Source: Terriglobales bacterium (GTDB taxonomy: Bacteria; Acidobacteriota; Aminicenantia; Aminicenantales; Saccharicenantaceae). From it: DNA of 64,000 nucleotides. The stretch is taken from positions 1,134-65,133 of the forward strand of contig DATKJS010000133.1 in assembly GCA_035543515.1 (NCBI GenBank), in the 5' to 3' direction. Position numbers and translations under genes: made by a program. Below are positions 28,586-37,604 of the stretch, in pieces; within the stretch, counting starts at the first letter, position 1, and each line of letters opens with the position of its first letter. A model generated the notes under the pieces. The model worked only from the letters and a program-made list of their open reading frames with translations. It had not been told where the DNA came from and did not search any database.

Positions 28586-28597
28586 TGGGAACTCCTC

Positions 28598-29716
28598 TCA
28601 TCCTTCGACGGTGTACGCGACGCGCCTTGCCCGGAGCTCGTCCAGGACGAAGCGGAAGCCGGCCTCGTCGGCGCCGACGGTTTCCGGCGGACAGACGCCT
28701 TTCCGCGAGAACCTCCCGGACAAAACGAGACGCGCCACGGCCGTGGCGGGGAAGCCCGTGGTGCGGGCCATGGACGAGAAGCCCGTCCTCCCGTCCCTCC
28801 GGTCGAACAGGCTGTAGACGACCGACCGCGGCCGGCCGTTCTCTTGGCCCTCGACCTGGATGCGCATCAGCGTGAACTCGTCGTCCTCGTCGGCGAGGCG
28901 CCACTGCTTGAACAGGACGGCCGAGGTGACGTCGATCGGCCTGACCTTGCCGCCGGGGACTTCGACGGGCTCGGCGGCGAAGAAGCCGCTCGTCCTCAAG
29001 GCCCGGATGCGGTCGGCGTGGCCGGGATAGCGGAGGGTCTTTTCGATCATGTTCGGCACGGCCATCGTCTTGAGCAGGGAGCGGAGGCCGTCGGAATTGA
29101 AGGCCTCGAGAGTGCCGACCTCCGGGAACTCCAGGAGCTCGACGTCCGAGAGGGCGGGCCGGACGACGACGTGGCCGTTCTCGACATAGCGGGCCGGACG
29201 GACATACTCCTCGATGACGTCGGCCGGCGAGAAGGGCGCCTTGTACTCGAACGGGAAATCCCGCCGGAAGGGCAGGCCGCCGACATAGCAGCGGAAGTGG
29301 CTGACGGACATCCGGGCGGCGTGATGGCCGAGGACCATGTTGCTCATGCCCGGGGCCACGCCGCAGTCGACGACAGCGGTCACACCCGCGGCCCTAGCCG
29401 CGGCGTCGAGCTCTAGCGCGTCCTCGGGGAAGAAAGAGATATCGACGACGTCGCGGCCGGCTTCGATGACCGAGCGCAAGGTCTTGAAGCCCATGAAGCC
29501 GGGGACGGCCCCGACGACGAGGTCGAAGCCCTCGACGAGCGAGCGGACGGCGGTGCCGTCGGCCAGGTCCGCTATCTTCTTCCGGACGGGCGAGCGGCCG
29601 AGCCTTTCGAGGTTGGCGGGGTTGACGTCGGCCGCGGTGACGTCGAACTCCGGGGCCAGGTCGGCGGCCATGACGCGGCCGACCATGCCGCACCCGAGCA
29701 CGATGATCTTCTTCAC
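28598..29716 (-). CDS. Saccharopine dehydrogenase-like NAD(P) oxidoreductase
   Basis: GTG 29716 follows GGAGG and yields KKIIVLGCGMVGR, a Rossmann GxGxxG. The track's additional 120 N-terminal Arg/Pro-rich codons overlap the upstream gene and are rejected. Confidence 0.82.
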   Translation of the reverse strand: MKKIIVLGCGMVGRVMAADLAPEFDVTAADVNPANLERLGRSPVRKKIADLADGTAVRSLVEGFDLVVGAVPGFMGFKTLRSVIEAGRDVVDISFFPEDALELDAAARAAGVTAVVDCGVAPGMSNMVLGHHAARMSVSHFRCYVGGLPFRRDFPFEYKAPFSPADVIEEYVRPARYVENGHVVVRPALSDVELLEFPEVGTLEAFNSDGLRSLLKTMAVPNMIEKTLRYPGHADRIRALRTSGFFAAEPVEVPGGKVRPIDVTSAVLFKQWRLADEDDEFTLMRIQVEGQENGRPRSVVYSLFDRRDGRTGFSSMARTTGFPATAVARLVLSGRFSRKGVCPPETVGADEAGFRFVLDELRARRVAYTVEG

Positions 29717-29778
29717 GGAGCCTCCTAAAGCACTGTCCTCCCCCCGCGAGGGCCATCGCGTCGGGAAGGAGTTTTTTA

Positions 29779-30942
29779 CTATAGGCCAGGCCGTCCTTTT
29801 TTGCAATGTCCCGGCGAGCCCCCTTCCTCGGCCGCCTCGCGCAGGACGGACACGTTGGCCCGGGGCGTGCGCGGGGCGATCGAGCAGGCCGTGCTGAGGA
29901 TATAGCCGTCTGGCCCGCCGACGGCGAGCCGCCGCCGGGCGTCGCGCCGCACGGCGTCCGGGTCGCCCTCGAGAAGCGTGTGGACGGGGTCGATGTTTCC
30001 CTTGATGAAGACGGTTCGGCCGACCCGGCGCTTGGCCTCGGCCAGGTCCGTGCGTCCGAGGGGCGGCGGGTCGAGGCACTCGATGCCGGACGCGCCGGAA
30101 TCGGCCATGAGCTCCAGCCGGTCGTGGATGTCGCCGCAGGTATGGAGATACGCATGGGCGCCCGCACGCCGCACGGCCCGGACGATGCGCGATTCGAATG
30201 GCAGGACATAGCGGCGGTAGAAATCCGGAGACAGGAACCCCGCCCCGGAGTAGGGCGAAGAGATCTTCACGGCGTCAACGCCGCGCCCGGCCATGCCGGC
30301 GGCGAGGGGGATGAGGCCCTCGGTCAGCCGCTCCAGCACGGCCAGCGAGCGGCCGGGGTCCTCGACCATCCCGAAGAGCGCCTGTTCGAAACCGAAGAGG
30401 TCGAGGAAATAGTCCAGGGGCGAGGTGACCTCGCCATGGAGGGAAAAGGCCGCACCGGTCCCTCCGCCCACGAGCTCGAAGACATCGAAGGGGCGCGCCG
30501 CGTCGAGCTCGAAGCGGAGCCCCTGCGACACGGGGATATAGGTTAGCGGCAGCGGGAGCGTATCCGGGTCGAAGGCGGCGAATTCGGGACGGGACGGAGG
30601 AGCCGCGGGAACGGACACGGGAAGGTCGTCAACCGGGAAGAAGGTCGCGCCGCCGTCCTTCCAGCGGACCCTCTCCCCCGCACCGTCGCGCGCCCGGGAC
30701 GCGGCGCGGCCGGGCCAGCCGGGGTCGTGGCCATGGAGGCTGACGAGAACCCCGTCGAACCCATAGAGCTCGCGCATCCTGAGCAGGCCGGAGGCGAACG
30801 TCGCGGCGTCGAGCCAGAACTCAGCCGGCGGGAGGCCGGTTTGGAGGAGCATATGGCCGATGCTCATCTGGCACATGACGGGCACGCGGTCGGGCGTCCG
30901 GAGGGCCATGGCCTCGGCGAGGCGTTCCTTTCCGGTCATCAT
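29779..30942 (-). CDS. Uroporphyrinogen decarboxylase (URO-D) family protein, MtaA/CmuA-like
   Basis: The N terminus KERLAEAMALRTPDRVPVM and the C-terminal region (HTCGDIHDRLELMADSG...IKGNIDP) fit URO-D-fold enzymes. Confidence 0.7.
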   Translation of the reverse strand: MMTGKERLAEAMALRTPDRVPVMCQMSIGHMLLQTGLPPAEFWLDAATFASGLLRMRELYGFDGVLVSLHGHDPGWPGRAASRARDGAGERVRWKDGGATFFPVDDLPVSVPAAPPSRPEFAAFDPDTLPLPLTYIPVSQGLRFELDAARPFDVFELVGGGTGAAFSLHGEVTSPLDYFLDLFGFEQALFGMVEDPGRSLAVLERLTEGLIPLAAGMAGRGVDAVKISSPYSGAGFLSPDFYRRYVLPFESRIVRAVRRAGAHAYLHTCGDIHDRLELMADSGASGIECLDPPPLGRTDLAEAKRRVGRTVFIKGNIDPVHTLLEGDPDAVRRDARRRLAVGGPDGYILSTACSIAPRTPRANVSVLREAAEEGGSPGHCKKGRPGL

Positions 30943-30956
30943 TCTCCTTACCGTCG

Positions 30957-30985
30957 AGGATAGGCCCGATCCACTCCGCGGTCAA
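30957..30985 (-). promoter_or_regulatory. Candidate sigma70 promoter TTGACC-N17-TATCCT for the URO-D operon
   Basis: Read from the minus strand in the divergent intergenic region. AAGGAG and the ATG follow within 15 nt. Confidence 0.35.
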
Positions 30986-31007
30986 GCCGGCGGCCTGGGC
31001 GCCGGGT

Positions 31008-31036
31008 TTTACTTTTTCGGCTCGACACGCTATGAT
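31008..31036 (+). promoter_or_regulatory. Candidate sigma70 promoter TTTACT-N17-TATGAT for the Omp85-like gene
   Basis: Read from the plus strand. It argues for ATG 31072 (AAGGAA upstream) over the track's TTG 31045. Confidence 0.35.
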
Positions 31037-31071
31037 AGGGAACCTTGTACCGGCCAGACAAGGAAAAGATC

Positions 31072-32247
31072 ATGACCTCAACCCGCGTTCGCAAGGACCT
31101 GCGCCGCGGGCGCTCCTGCACGGCTTCGGTCGTGGTCGCGGGGTTGTTCCTCGGCCTGCTCTTCGCCCCCCCCTCTCTTCCCGCCCAGGCGGATCCAGGC
31201 CAGGGTTCGGAAAAAAAGGACGGCAAGCCCGCCAAGCCCAAGAGCTGGAAGCCCCACGTCATCTTCGTCCCGGACTTCTATTACCGGCCGGAAACGCGCC
31301 TGGCGCTCGGGGCGGGGGGGTTCGCGAACTATCGTCTGGGCAAGGACAAGGAGCATACGCGCCCCTCTACGGTCGGGCTCACGTTCGTCTACACGATGAA
31401 CAACCAGATGCGGATCTCTCTCAGGCCGGAGGTTTATCTCCCGAGGAACTCGTTCATCCTGAATGCGGTCATCAATTACAGCATCTTCCCCACGATGTTC
31501 TACGGCATCGGGAACAACACTCCGGCCTCCATGGCCGAGAGCTACACGCCCGATACGTTCAGCTTCCAGCTGGCCGGCCGCCGGAAGTTCTTCCAGGACT
31601 TCTTCGCCGGCGTCCAATACCAGTTCAAGCGCACCGTCATCGAGAAGGTCTACCCCAACGGACTGCTCAGCGCGGGGACCATCCCGGGGAGCCGGGGGGG
31701 GATCGTGTCCGGGGTCGGCACGACGCTGACCTACGACAACCGGGACAACATCATCTTCCCGCGCCGGGGCAAGTTCTTCCAGCTTACGACCGACTTCTGC
31801 GGCCGGTTCCTGGGCAGCGATTTCAACTATACGGCCGTGCGCCTCGACCTGAGGCTCTATGCCCCGGTCATGGAAAAGCACGTCCTGGCGCTTCAGGTCC
31901 TGTTCAGGACGGTGGCCGGGACCGCTCCCTTCTATGACCTGTCTAATCTCGGCGGCGCCTGGATCATGCGGGGCATCTCGAGCGGACGCTACGTGGATAA
32001 GTCGCTTTTGGCCTTCCAGGCTGAGTACCGTCTCCATGTTTGGAAGCGGTTCACCGCCGTGGGCTTCGCCGGGCTTGGGGACGTCGCCCCGAGGGTGACC
32101 TCGTTCACGTTCAGCCCGCTCCGGTATTCCGTCGGCGGAGGCTTGCGCTTCCGGATCGACTCACGGGAAGGGACAAACGTCCGCGTCGACTACGCCTGGG
32201 CGCGCGGCTCGTCCGGCCTCTACGTCACGCTCCTCGAAGCCTTCTGA
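31072..32247 (+). CDS. Outer-membrane beta-barrel, Omp85/bacterial surface antigen family, no POTRA domains
   Basis: A signal peptide ends LPAQA. The sequence has alternating beta-strand character, with GGGLRFRIDSREGTNVRVDYAW and a C-terminal aromatic residue (LLEAF). Confidence 0.75.
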   Translation: MTSTRVRKDLRRGRSCTASVVVAGLFLGLLFAPPSLPAQADPGQGSEKKDGKPAKPKSWKPHVIFVPDFYYRPETRLALGAGGFANYRLGKDKEHTRPSTVGLTFVYTMNNQMRISLRPEVYLPRNSFILNAVINYSIFPTMFYGIGNNTPASMAESYTPDTFSFQLAGRRKFFQDFFAGVQYQFKRTVIEKVYPNGLLSAGTIPGSRGGIVSGVGTTLTYDNRDNIIFPRRGKFFQLTTDFCGRFLGSDFNYTAVRLDLRLYAPVMEKHVLALQVLFRTVAGTAPFYDLSNLGGAWIMRGISSGRYVDKSLLAFQAEYRLHVWKRFTAVGFAGLGDVAPRVTSFTFSPLRYSVGGGLRFRIDSREGTNVRVDYAWARGSSGLYVTLLEAF

Positions 32248-32277
32248 GCTTCCCCTCCTCCCCCCATTTGCTCCGAC

Positions 32278-34857
32278 TCATTGCGGCACGCGCGTCACCC
32301 GAAGAGTCTTGATCTCGTAAGGCCCCATCGGCACGACGAGCTCGTTCGCCGCGCCCGCGGACGTCAGGATGGCCGCCCCGGCGATCGACCTTTCGATGAG
32401 GTCCGTGGCGACGGCCTGGACCGGCCACGGGAAAGAGACGCGGGCCTCGGTCCTGCGGCCGAACGCCTCGTAGAGCCTGAGGATCACGCTCCGGCTGTTG
32501 TAGCCCGACTCCATCTTGAGGCTGGAGAGGACGACGTTCGACGGCGACGCGCGCAGGAAAGAGTGCACAGCCGGCAGCGTCCCCTTGTGCGCCATCGCCG
32601 TCCGGACGATGAGCGGATAGCCGAGCTCATAGCCCCGGCGGACTGTGTCCGCGTCCTGCCAGGTGCCGGCGTGAGGATAGAGGGCGTAGAGGAACTCGTG
32701 GCGGCCGCGGTCGGCCTCGGGGTCGGGCGCGGTCGCGCCGTGGATGATGGACATCCGGACCGTCGTCCCCATGACGTCGAAACCGTACTTGCCGTCGTTG
32801 AGCAGGCTCAGCCCGGCGCCGGCGGCCGGGTCGGAGAAGTCGACCCAGCGCAGGGCCGGGACCTCGGTCCCGTCGGCCGGACGAGTGGCGGAGCCGTAGG
32901 GGATCTCGAACTCCGCTTGGCCGCCATTGAGGTTCACCGGGAAGGCGGCCTTGATCATGAGGTTCCTCTCCTGCCAGTCGAGCCTCATCCGGCAGTCCAG
33001 GCGCGGCAGGCCGGCATAAAGGGTCAGGTCCTGTTCGAAGGTCGAGTCATGGAAGCGCGTCTTGACGCGAAGGACGGCGCGCACGGGGCCACTCTCGACG
33101 ACCTCGATGGTGGCGCCGGAGGCGCCTATGTCCACAGGCAGGCCCTTGAGACCGAGCTCCCAGGCGGACATGGACTCGGGCTCGTCGACGATGGACTGGA
33201 GGGCGTTGGCCGGACCGGAGAAGACCTCGCGCCTGGCGGTCTTGTCGTAGAGGCTCGTGATCCAGCCGGTCTTGGGGTCGAGGCGGACCTTGAGATAGGC
33301 GTTCTCGAACTCGTTTTCCCTGGCGACAAGCCCGTCTGCCGAGTTGACGCCGGCCACCTCGAAGGGGCTAGAAGGCATAGGGACTGCGCGGTAAAGCCTG
33401 TAGCCCAGCGACGGCACGCTCATGGCCATAAAGAGAACGCGCAACAAGACCGTATCGCCTTCGACGCGCCTCTCGAGGATCTGGGACCGAACACCCGTGC
33501 CCTCGCCGTCGTAGATGCGGACGGTCCCCTCTCCGGGCTTGACCTTCTCGCGCGGCACGGCCACTTCGACGAGGGCCGGCTCGCTCCGGTCCCAGGCGAG
33601 CGGGTTATAGACGACGAGCGGGAAACCCTCGCCGCGTGTATCGACCTGGCTCGTGATCGTTTCGAGCGAGAAGTCGAGGGCCCGCTGCCCCCTCGCCGCG
33701 GCCTCCCGGTAAAAGCGGCCCGTCTCGTCATAGACAGGCCCGATGGCCGAGCCGTCGAGGATGTCGTGGAACTGGTTCCGGAGGACGATCTTCCATGCCT
33801 CGTCGATGTCCCGCTCCGGATAATAGTCCCGAAAGCCAGAGGCCACGGCCAGGGCGGAGAACCGCTCCGCCTGGAGAAGGAGGCTTTCGGACGACCTGTT
33901 CCGCCTCTTCGTCTCAACCTGGGTCGTGTAGCAGGCCGGGAAGGTGAAGTTGAGCTCCCGGCGGACGACGGGGATGTCCGCTCCCGAGGCCTCGATCTTC
34001 TTGAAGAAGGCGGCCGGGTCGGAGAAGACCATCTTCGGCTGGCCCGGGTCGTCGCGGTACTTCTCGATGGCCGCGACGTCCGAGTCCCGGGGCCCGCCGC
34101 CGTGGTCCCCGGCGCCGTAGAGGATGAGGAAGTCCTTGATCGCGGTTTCCGAGGCGGCGTCCTTGAGGACGGTCGAGAGGCCGTCCTTGAGGTCGACAAG
34201 ATACCAGCCCGGCGGGACGTAGGCCAAGATGCGCGAGCCGTCCCTCCCCTCCCACCAGAAGAATGGCGTCTTGTCCGGCGCGCAGCGCTCGAAGACGTAA
34301 TAGCGGATGCCGGCCTTGCTCAGGACCTGCGGCAGCTGCCAGTTGTGGCCGAAGGCGTCGGGGTTCCAGCCGACGGTCACGTCGCAGCCGAACTTGTCCA
34401 GGAAATACCTCTTGCCGTAGAGGAGCTGGCGGGCCAGGGCCTCGCCGTCGGGCATGTTGAGGTCCGGCTCGGACCACATGCCGCCGACGGGGATCCACGT
34501 CCCGTCCTTGACCTTGGCCTTGATCTCCTCGAAAAGGGCGGGATAGGCCTTCTCGATGGCCTCGTAAACGGCCGGCTGGCTCTGGGCGAAGGTCAGCCCC
34601 GGCCGCTTGGCCATCTGGGCGAGGGTCCCCTTGAACGTCTGGACGGCGATGTCGTTGACCGTTTCCTCCCATCGCCAAAGCCAACTCAGGTCGATATGGG
34701 CGTGCCCGACGAGATGGGCCGTGTACGCCCTGGGGTTCTGGAGCGTTGGCGGCGTCTTGGGCTTTGCCTGCTGGCCCGCCAGCGCCGCTCCAGCGGCGAG
34801 GGCGAGGACGAGGAAGAGTGGCAGGAGCGACCGGGTCCGGGCTGAACATCTGAACAT
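32278..34857 (-). CDS. GH38 alpha-mannosidase, secreted
   Basis: ATG 34857 follows GGAGG and gives a signal peptide. HLVGHAHIDLSWLWRWEET is the GH38 N-terminal motif. The track's longer N terminus overlaps mscL and is rejected. Confidence 0.88.
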   Translation of the reverse strand: MFRCSARTRSLLPLFLVLALAAGAALAGQQAKPKTPPTLQNPRAYTAHLVGHAHIDLSWLWRWEETVNDIAVQTFKGTLAQMAKRPGLTFAQSQPAVYEAIEKAYPALFEEIKAKVKDGTWIPVGGMWSEPDLNMPDGEALARQLLYGKRYFLDKFGCDVTVGWNPDAFGHNWQLPQVLSKAGIRYYVFERCAPDKTPFFWWEGRDGSRILAYVPPGWYLVDLKDGLSTVLKDAASETAIKDFLILYGAGDHGGGPRDSDVAAIEKYRDDPGQPKMVFSDPAAFFKKIEASGADIPVVRRELNFTFPACYTTQVETKRRNRSSESLLLQAERFSALAVASGFRDYYPERDIDEAWKIVLRNQFHDILDGSAIGPVYDETGRFYREAAARGQRALDFSLETITSQVDTRGEGFPLVVYNPLAWDRSEPALVEVAVPREKVKPGEGTVRIYDGEGTGVRSQILERRVEGDTVLLRVLFMAMSVPSLGYRLYRAVPMPSSPFEVAGVNSADGLVARENEFENAYLKVRLDPKTGWITSLYDKTARREVFSGPANALQSIVDEPESMSAWELGLKGLPVDIGASGATIEVVESGPVRAVLRVKTRFHDSTFEQDLTLYAGLPRLDCRMRLDWQERNLMIKAAFPVNLNGGQAEFEIPYGSATRPADGTEVPALRWVDFSDPAAGAGLSLLNDGKYGFDVMGTTVRMSIIHGATAPDPEADRGRHEFLYALYPHAGTWQDADTVRRGYELGYPLIVRTAMAHKGTLPAVHSFLRASPSNVVLSSLKMESGYNSRSVILRLYEAFGRRTEARVSFPWPVQAVATDLIERSIAGAAILTSAGAANELVVPMGPYEIKTLRVTRVPQ

Positions 34858-34960
34858 GCGTCGGCCTCCATATAAGAACGATCCCAGGGCCGGCACGGCC
34901 CGGCCCTTTCGCTGACGCCTCCCGGCCCGAACGTGCCCGGCCCGCGCCGGACGCTCCGGC

Positions 34961-35413
34961 TTACTTGCGCAGGTCCGACGTGCAGTTCGGGCAGCGGACG
35001 GCCTTGATGGGGATCTGCGTCCCGCAGAACGGGCATTCCTTGGCCGTCGGCTCGGCCGGCACAACCACGGCCTTCCTCTGCATCCGGTTCATGGCCCGGA
35101 TGACGAGGAACAGGGCGAAAGCGACGATCAGGAAGTTGATGACCTTATTAATGAACATACCGTAATTGAGGGTCACGGCGCCGGCCTGCTGGGCCGCGGC
35201 GAGCGAGGCGTACGGCCCCGCCACCTTGCCTGCGGCCAGGGCGAGATAGAGGTTGGAGAAATCGACGTGGCCGAGGAGAAGGCCGATCGGCGGCATGAGG
35301 ACGTCGGAGACGAGCGACGAGACGATGGCCCCGAAGGCCGCGCCGATGATGATGCCGACGGCCATGTCGAGGACGGACCCGCGCAGCGCGAATTCCTTGA
35401 ATTCCTTGAACAT
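34961..35413 (-). CDS. mscL: Large-conductance mechanosensitive channel with C-terminal Cys4 zinc-ribbon extension
   Basis: [31 protein letters not shown] is the canonical MscL N terminus. The tail reads [18 protein letters not shown]. Confidence 0.92.
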   Translation of the reverse strand: MFKEFKEFALRGSVLDMAVGIIIGAAFGAIVSSLVSDVLMPPIGLLLGHVDFSNLYLALAAGKVAGPYASLAAAQQAGAVTLNYGMFINKVINFLIVAFALFLVIRAMNRMQRKAVVVPAEPTAKECPFCGTQIPIKAVRCPNCTSDLRK

Positions 35414-35467
35414 CGATCCCTCCTGAAGATGAGTCGGCGGCGTTCGACGCCCGCCGCTACGGCCTGC

Positions 35468-37495
35468 CTATTTTCTGACGGTCGGGAACGAGGAGATGCG
35501 AAGCCGGGCGCAGCCCATGGGGATGAGCTCGATCTCTTCGACCGGTCCCGCCGCCTCGGCCGGGCTGGCCGGCACAGGCCCGGCCATCCGTCCTTCGGCC
35601 TGCCATCCCGGCACCCGGCGGGCCCTGGCCTTCAGCACGACCGGCGGAGCCTCGGACCGGAAGGGCTGGAAGGCAGGTGCGGATTGCGACGCCAAGCGCA
35701 CCGCCGCCCCCGGGTTCGCGGCGTTGACGACGAGGCCGTAGTTCCACGGCGTCGTCGGCAGGACCTCCAAGGCCGGCCACGCGTCCGTGCCGCCGTAGCG
35801 CTTCCACTCCTCCCCGATCCTGAGCGAGTACCACAGGGGCCCGCGCCGGACGGAGACGGCGTCGCCGACCCGCGGCCAGGGGACGAGGCGGATGTCCATC
35901 GGCCATTCGACCGAGACTTGGTCGCCCTGGCGCCAGACCCGCTTGAGCACGGCATAGTCCCCGGACGGGAATTCCCCTTCCACGGCCCGGCCATTGACCT
36001 CAAGCCATGTCCTCGCCGCCCAGCGCGGGATCCTGAGATAGAGCGGGAAATCGACCGGCCTCTCGGCCGAAACGGTCAGGACGATGCGCCCGTCGAACGG
36101 GTAATGAGTGTCCTCGGAGACCCCGACCCTCGTCCCGTCGCCGACGACGGCGGCGACTGAGGACGGCGCATAAAGAACGGCGGCCAGTCCGTTGTCGGCC
36201 GTGGCCATCCAGAGGTGCTCGGCGAAGTACGGCCAGCCGAAGGCGACGTTGTGCTGGCAGCAGCGGTAGCTCCAGGGGTCGTACGAGACGAGCGTGCCGC
36301 CGTTCTGGAAGTCGTGCTCGCCGGAGCTGTCGCAGGAGATCAGGTTCGCCGCCGTCAGGTAGTGGAGCCCCTTGAGGTCGGGGGTCAGGGCGGCCGGCAG
36401 CGAGTTGAAGGCGACTTCCTCGCAGCGGTCGGCCCAGGCCGTGTCGCCGGTGATTCTGAGCAGGGACTCGAAGCTGGCCATGAACTCGACCATGGAGCAC
36501 GTCTCGGCGCCTTGGCGAGGGTCGGTCCGGCCCGGCCGGATGTTCTCGTCGGCCCCGAACATGCCGCCCGGCTGCTGGCCGTACGCGTCCATGACCTGCC
36601 GGTAGTTGCGCTCGGCCGCTTCGAGGTACTTGCGGTCCTTGGCGTGCATGAAGAAGACGGCCGGCTCGCGGAAGCCCATGGCGATGTTGACGCCGTGGTA
36701 GAAGGAGCTCTCGACCGGGTTCCGGTCTCGCTCCGGCGTCAGGATCGGCGACGTCCAGTCCGAGGTCCGCTCAAAGAGGCGCCGGCCGAGGTCGATGAGG
36801 AAGTTCTCCCCCGTCCGGTTGTAGAGCCAGTAGACGCTCTCGAGGTTCTCGCCGCCGCGGAGCTTCTGCCAGCTCCCCGGAAGCAGGCTCTCGACGGGGA
36901 GATGGTACTCGTATTGGAAATAGCGGCTCATGAGCGAGATGACGCGCCGGTCGCCCGTCACGTCATAGTAGCTCTCGAGGGCCGCGAGCATGACCATGTT
37001 CGGCCAGAGGTCCCGGTTCTGCTTGTTGTCGGACGGCCCGAAGAAACCGTCGGGCTGCTGGGACTTGATGGCGTAGCCCAGCCAGCGCTCCGTCTCCTTC
37101 CTCATCGCCGGGTCCTTCAGGAGATACCCCAGGTCCCCATAGCCCTTGAGCCAGTACGGCATCTCCTCCCACCCCTGCCCCTTGAGGGTGATCCAGCCGC
37201 TGTCGTCCTTGAGGAACCGGCTGAGCTCGGAGAGCCGTCCGGTCAGGCCGTCGCGCATCAGCTTGAGTTGGCTGAGGAGCCAGCCCTTCGGCTCGACCGC
37301 CCCGATGGGGAGCTTGACGAGCGGGCTCGTGGCCAGGGGCGGACGGTTGGAGACATAGTGGGCGTTGGGCGTCGCGGCCGGCAGGGCCCGGACCGCCCTG
37401 GCCCCGCCGTCTGGGGTCCGGCCGGCCCCGGCCCCGACGAACGACAGGAGGACCGAAAGGGACAGTAGGAGCGTGGGGAGAAGCAGGTTCCGCAT
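35468..37495 (-). CDS. GH127/GH146-like (DUF1680) glycoside hydrolase, secreted
   Basis: ATG 37495 gives a signal peptide (MRNLLLPTLLLSLSVLL). ETC (ETCSMVEF) and CC (YRCCQHN) match the Glu/Cys zinc-site pattern of beta-L-arabinofuranosidase-type enzymes. Confidence 0.72.
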   Translation of the reverse strand: MRNLLLPTLLLSLSVLLSFVGAGAGRTPDGGARAVRALPAATPNAHYVSNRPPLATSPLVKLPIGAVEPKGWLLSQLKLMRDGLTGRLSELSRFLKDDSGWITLKGQGWEEMPYWLKGYGDLGYLLKDPAMRKETERWLGYAIKSQQPDGFFGPSDNKQNRDLWPNMVMLAALESYYDVTGDRRVISLMSRYFQYEYHLPVESLLPGSWQKLRGGENLESVYWLYNRTGENFLIDLGRRLFERTSDWTSPILTPERDRNPVESSFYHGVNIAMGFREPAVFFMHAKDRKYLEAAERNYRQVMDAYGQQPGGMFGADENIRPGRTDPRQGAETCSMVEFMASFESLLRITGDTAWADRCEEVAFNSLPAALTPDLKGLHYLTAANLISCDSSGEHDFQNGGTLVSYDPWSYRCCQHNVAFGWPYFAEHLWMATADNGLAAVLYAPSSVAAVVGDGTRVGVSEDTHYPFDGRIVLTVSAERPVDFPLYLRIPRWAARTWLEVNGRAVEGEFPSGDYAVLKRVWRQGDQVSVEWPMDIRLVPWPRVGDAVSVRRGPLWYSLRIGEEWKRYGGTDAWPALEVLPTTPWNYGLVVNAANPGAAVRLASQSAPAFQPFRSEAPPVVLKARARRVPGWQAEGRMAGPVPASPAEAAGPVEEIELIPMGCARLRISSFPTVRK

Positions 37496-37550
37496 CAGGG
37501 CCTTTCTTGCCGAGACCCGCCTGCCGGGGGCGGGTCCGGGGGCGCCCCTC

Positions 37551-37579
37551 ACTATAGGCCGCCGCGGTCCCGGAGTCAA
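37551..37579 (-). promoter_or_regulatory. Candidate sigma70 promoter TTGACT-N17-TATAGT for the GH127-like gene
   Basis: Minus strand reads TTGACTccgggaccgcggcggccTATAGT, located between the ggt stop and the GH127 start. Confidence 0.5.
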
Positions 37580-37604
37580 TCCCGCGCGGCTGGCGGCGGC
37601 GGGG

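Noticed and set aside
26219-29416. A 1065-aa plus-strand ORF, and similar giants at 17882-20125, 11606-13651, 13679-15076, 50739-52763, 54098-56434, 32281-34845, 37365-39509, 40669-42006 and 62050-63453.
   Set aside because: All are antisense or off-frame to genes with clear family signatures. Their translations are dominated by Arg/Pro/Gly/Asp/Glu runs with no recognisable motifs. Some span two real genes. Stop codons are rare in non-coding frames of very GC-rich DNA.
29717-30079. N-terminal 120 codons of the track ORF 28598-30079. Analogous extensions occur at 34858-35064, 37496-37579, 42010-42930, 45741-46157, 46795-47430, 53227-53586 and 60773-60901.
   Set aside because: The extensions are Arg/Pro-rich, overlap the neighbouring gene and precede an internal start. 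That internal start has a GGAGG-type RBS and yields a proper Rossmann motif or signal peptide.
34880-34960. GC-rich hairpins after mscL (GCCGGA-gcg-TCCGGC; GGGCCGG-gccgtg-CCGGCCC), considered as a terminator.
   Set aside because: The stems are short and lack a convincing U tract. Such palindromes are frequent in GC-rich DNA, so this is left uncalled.
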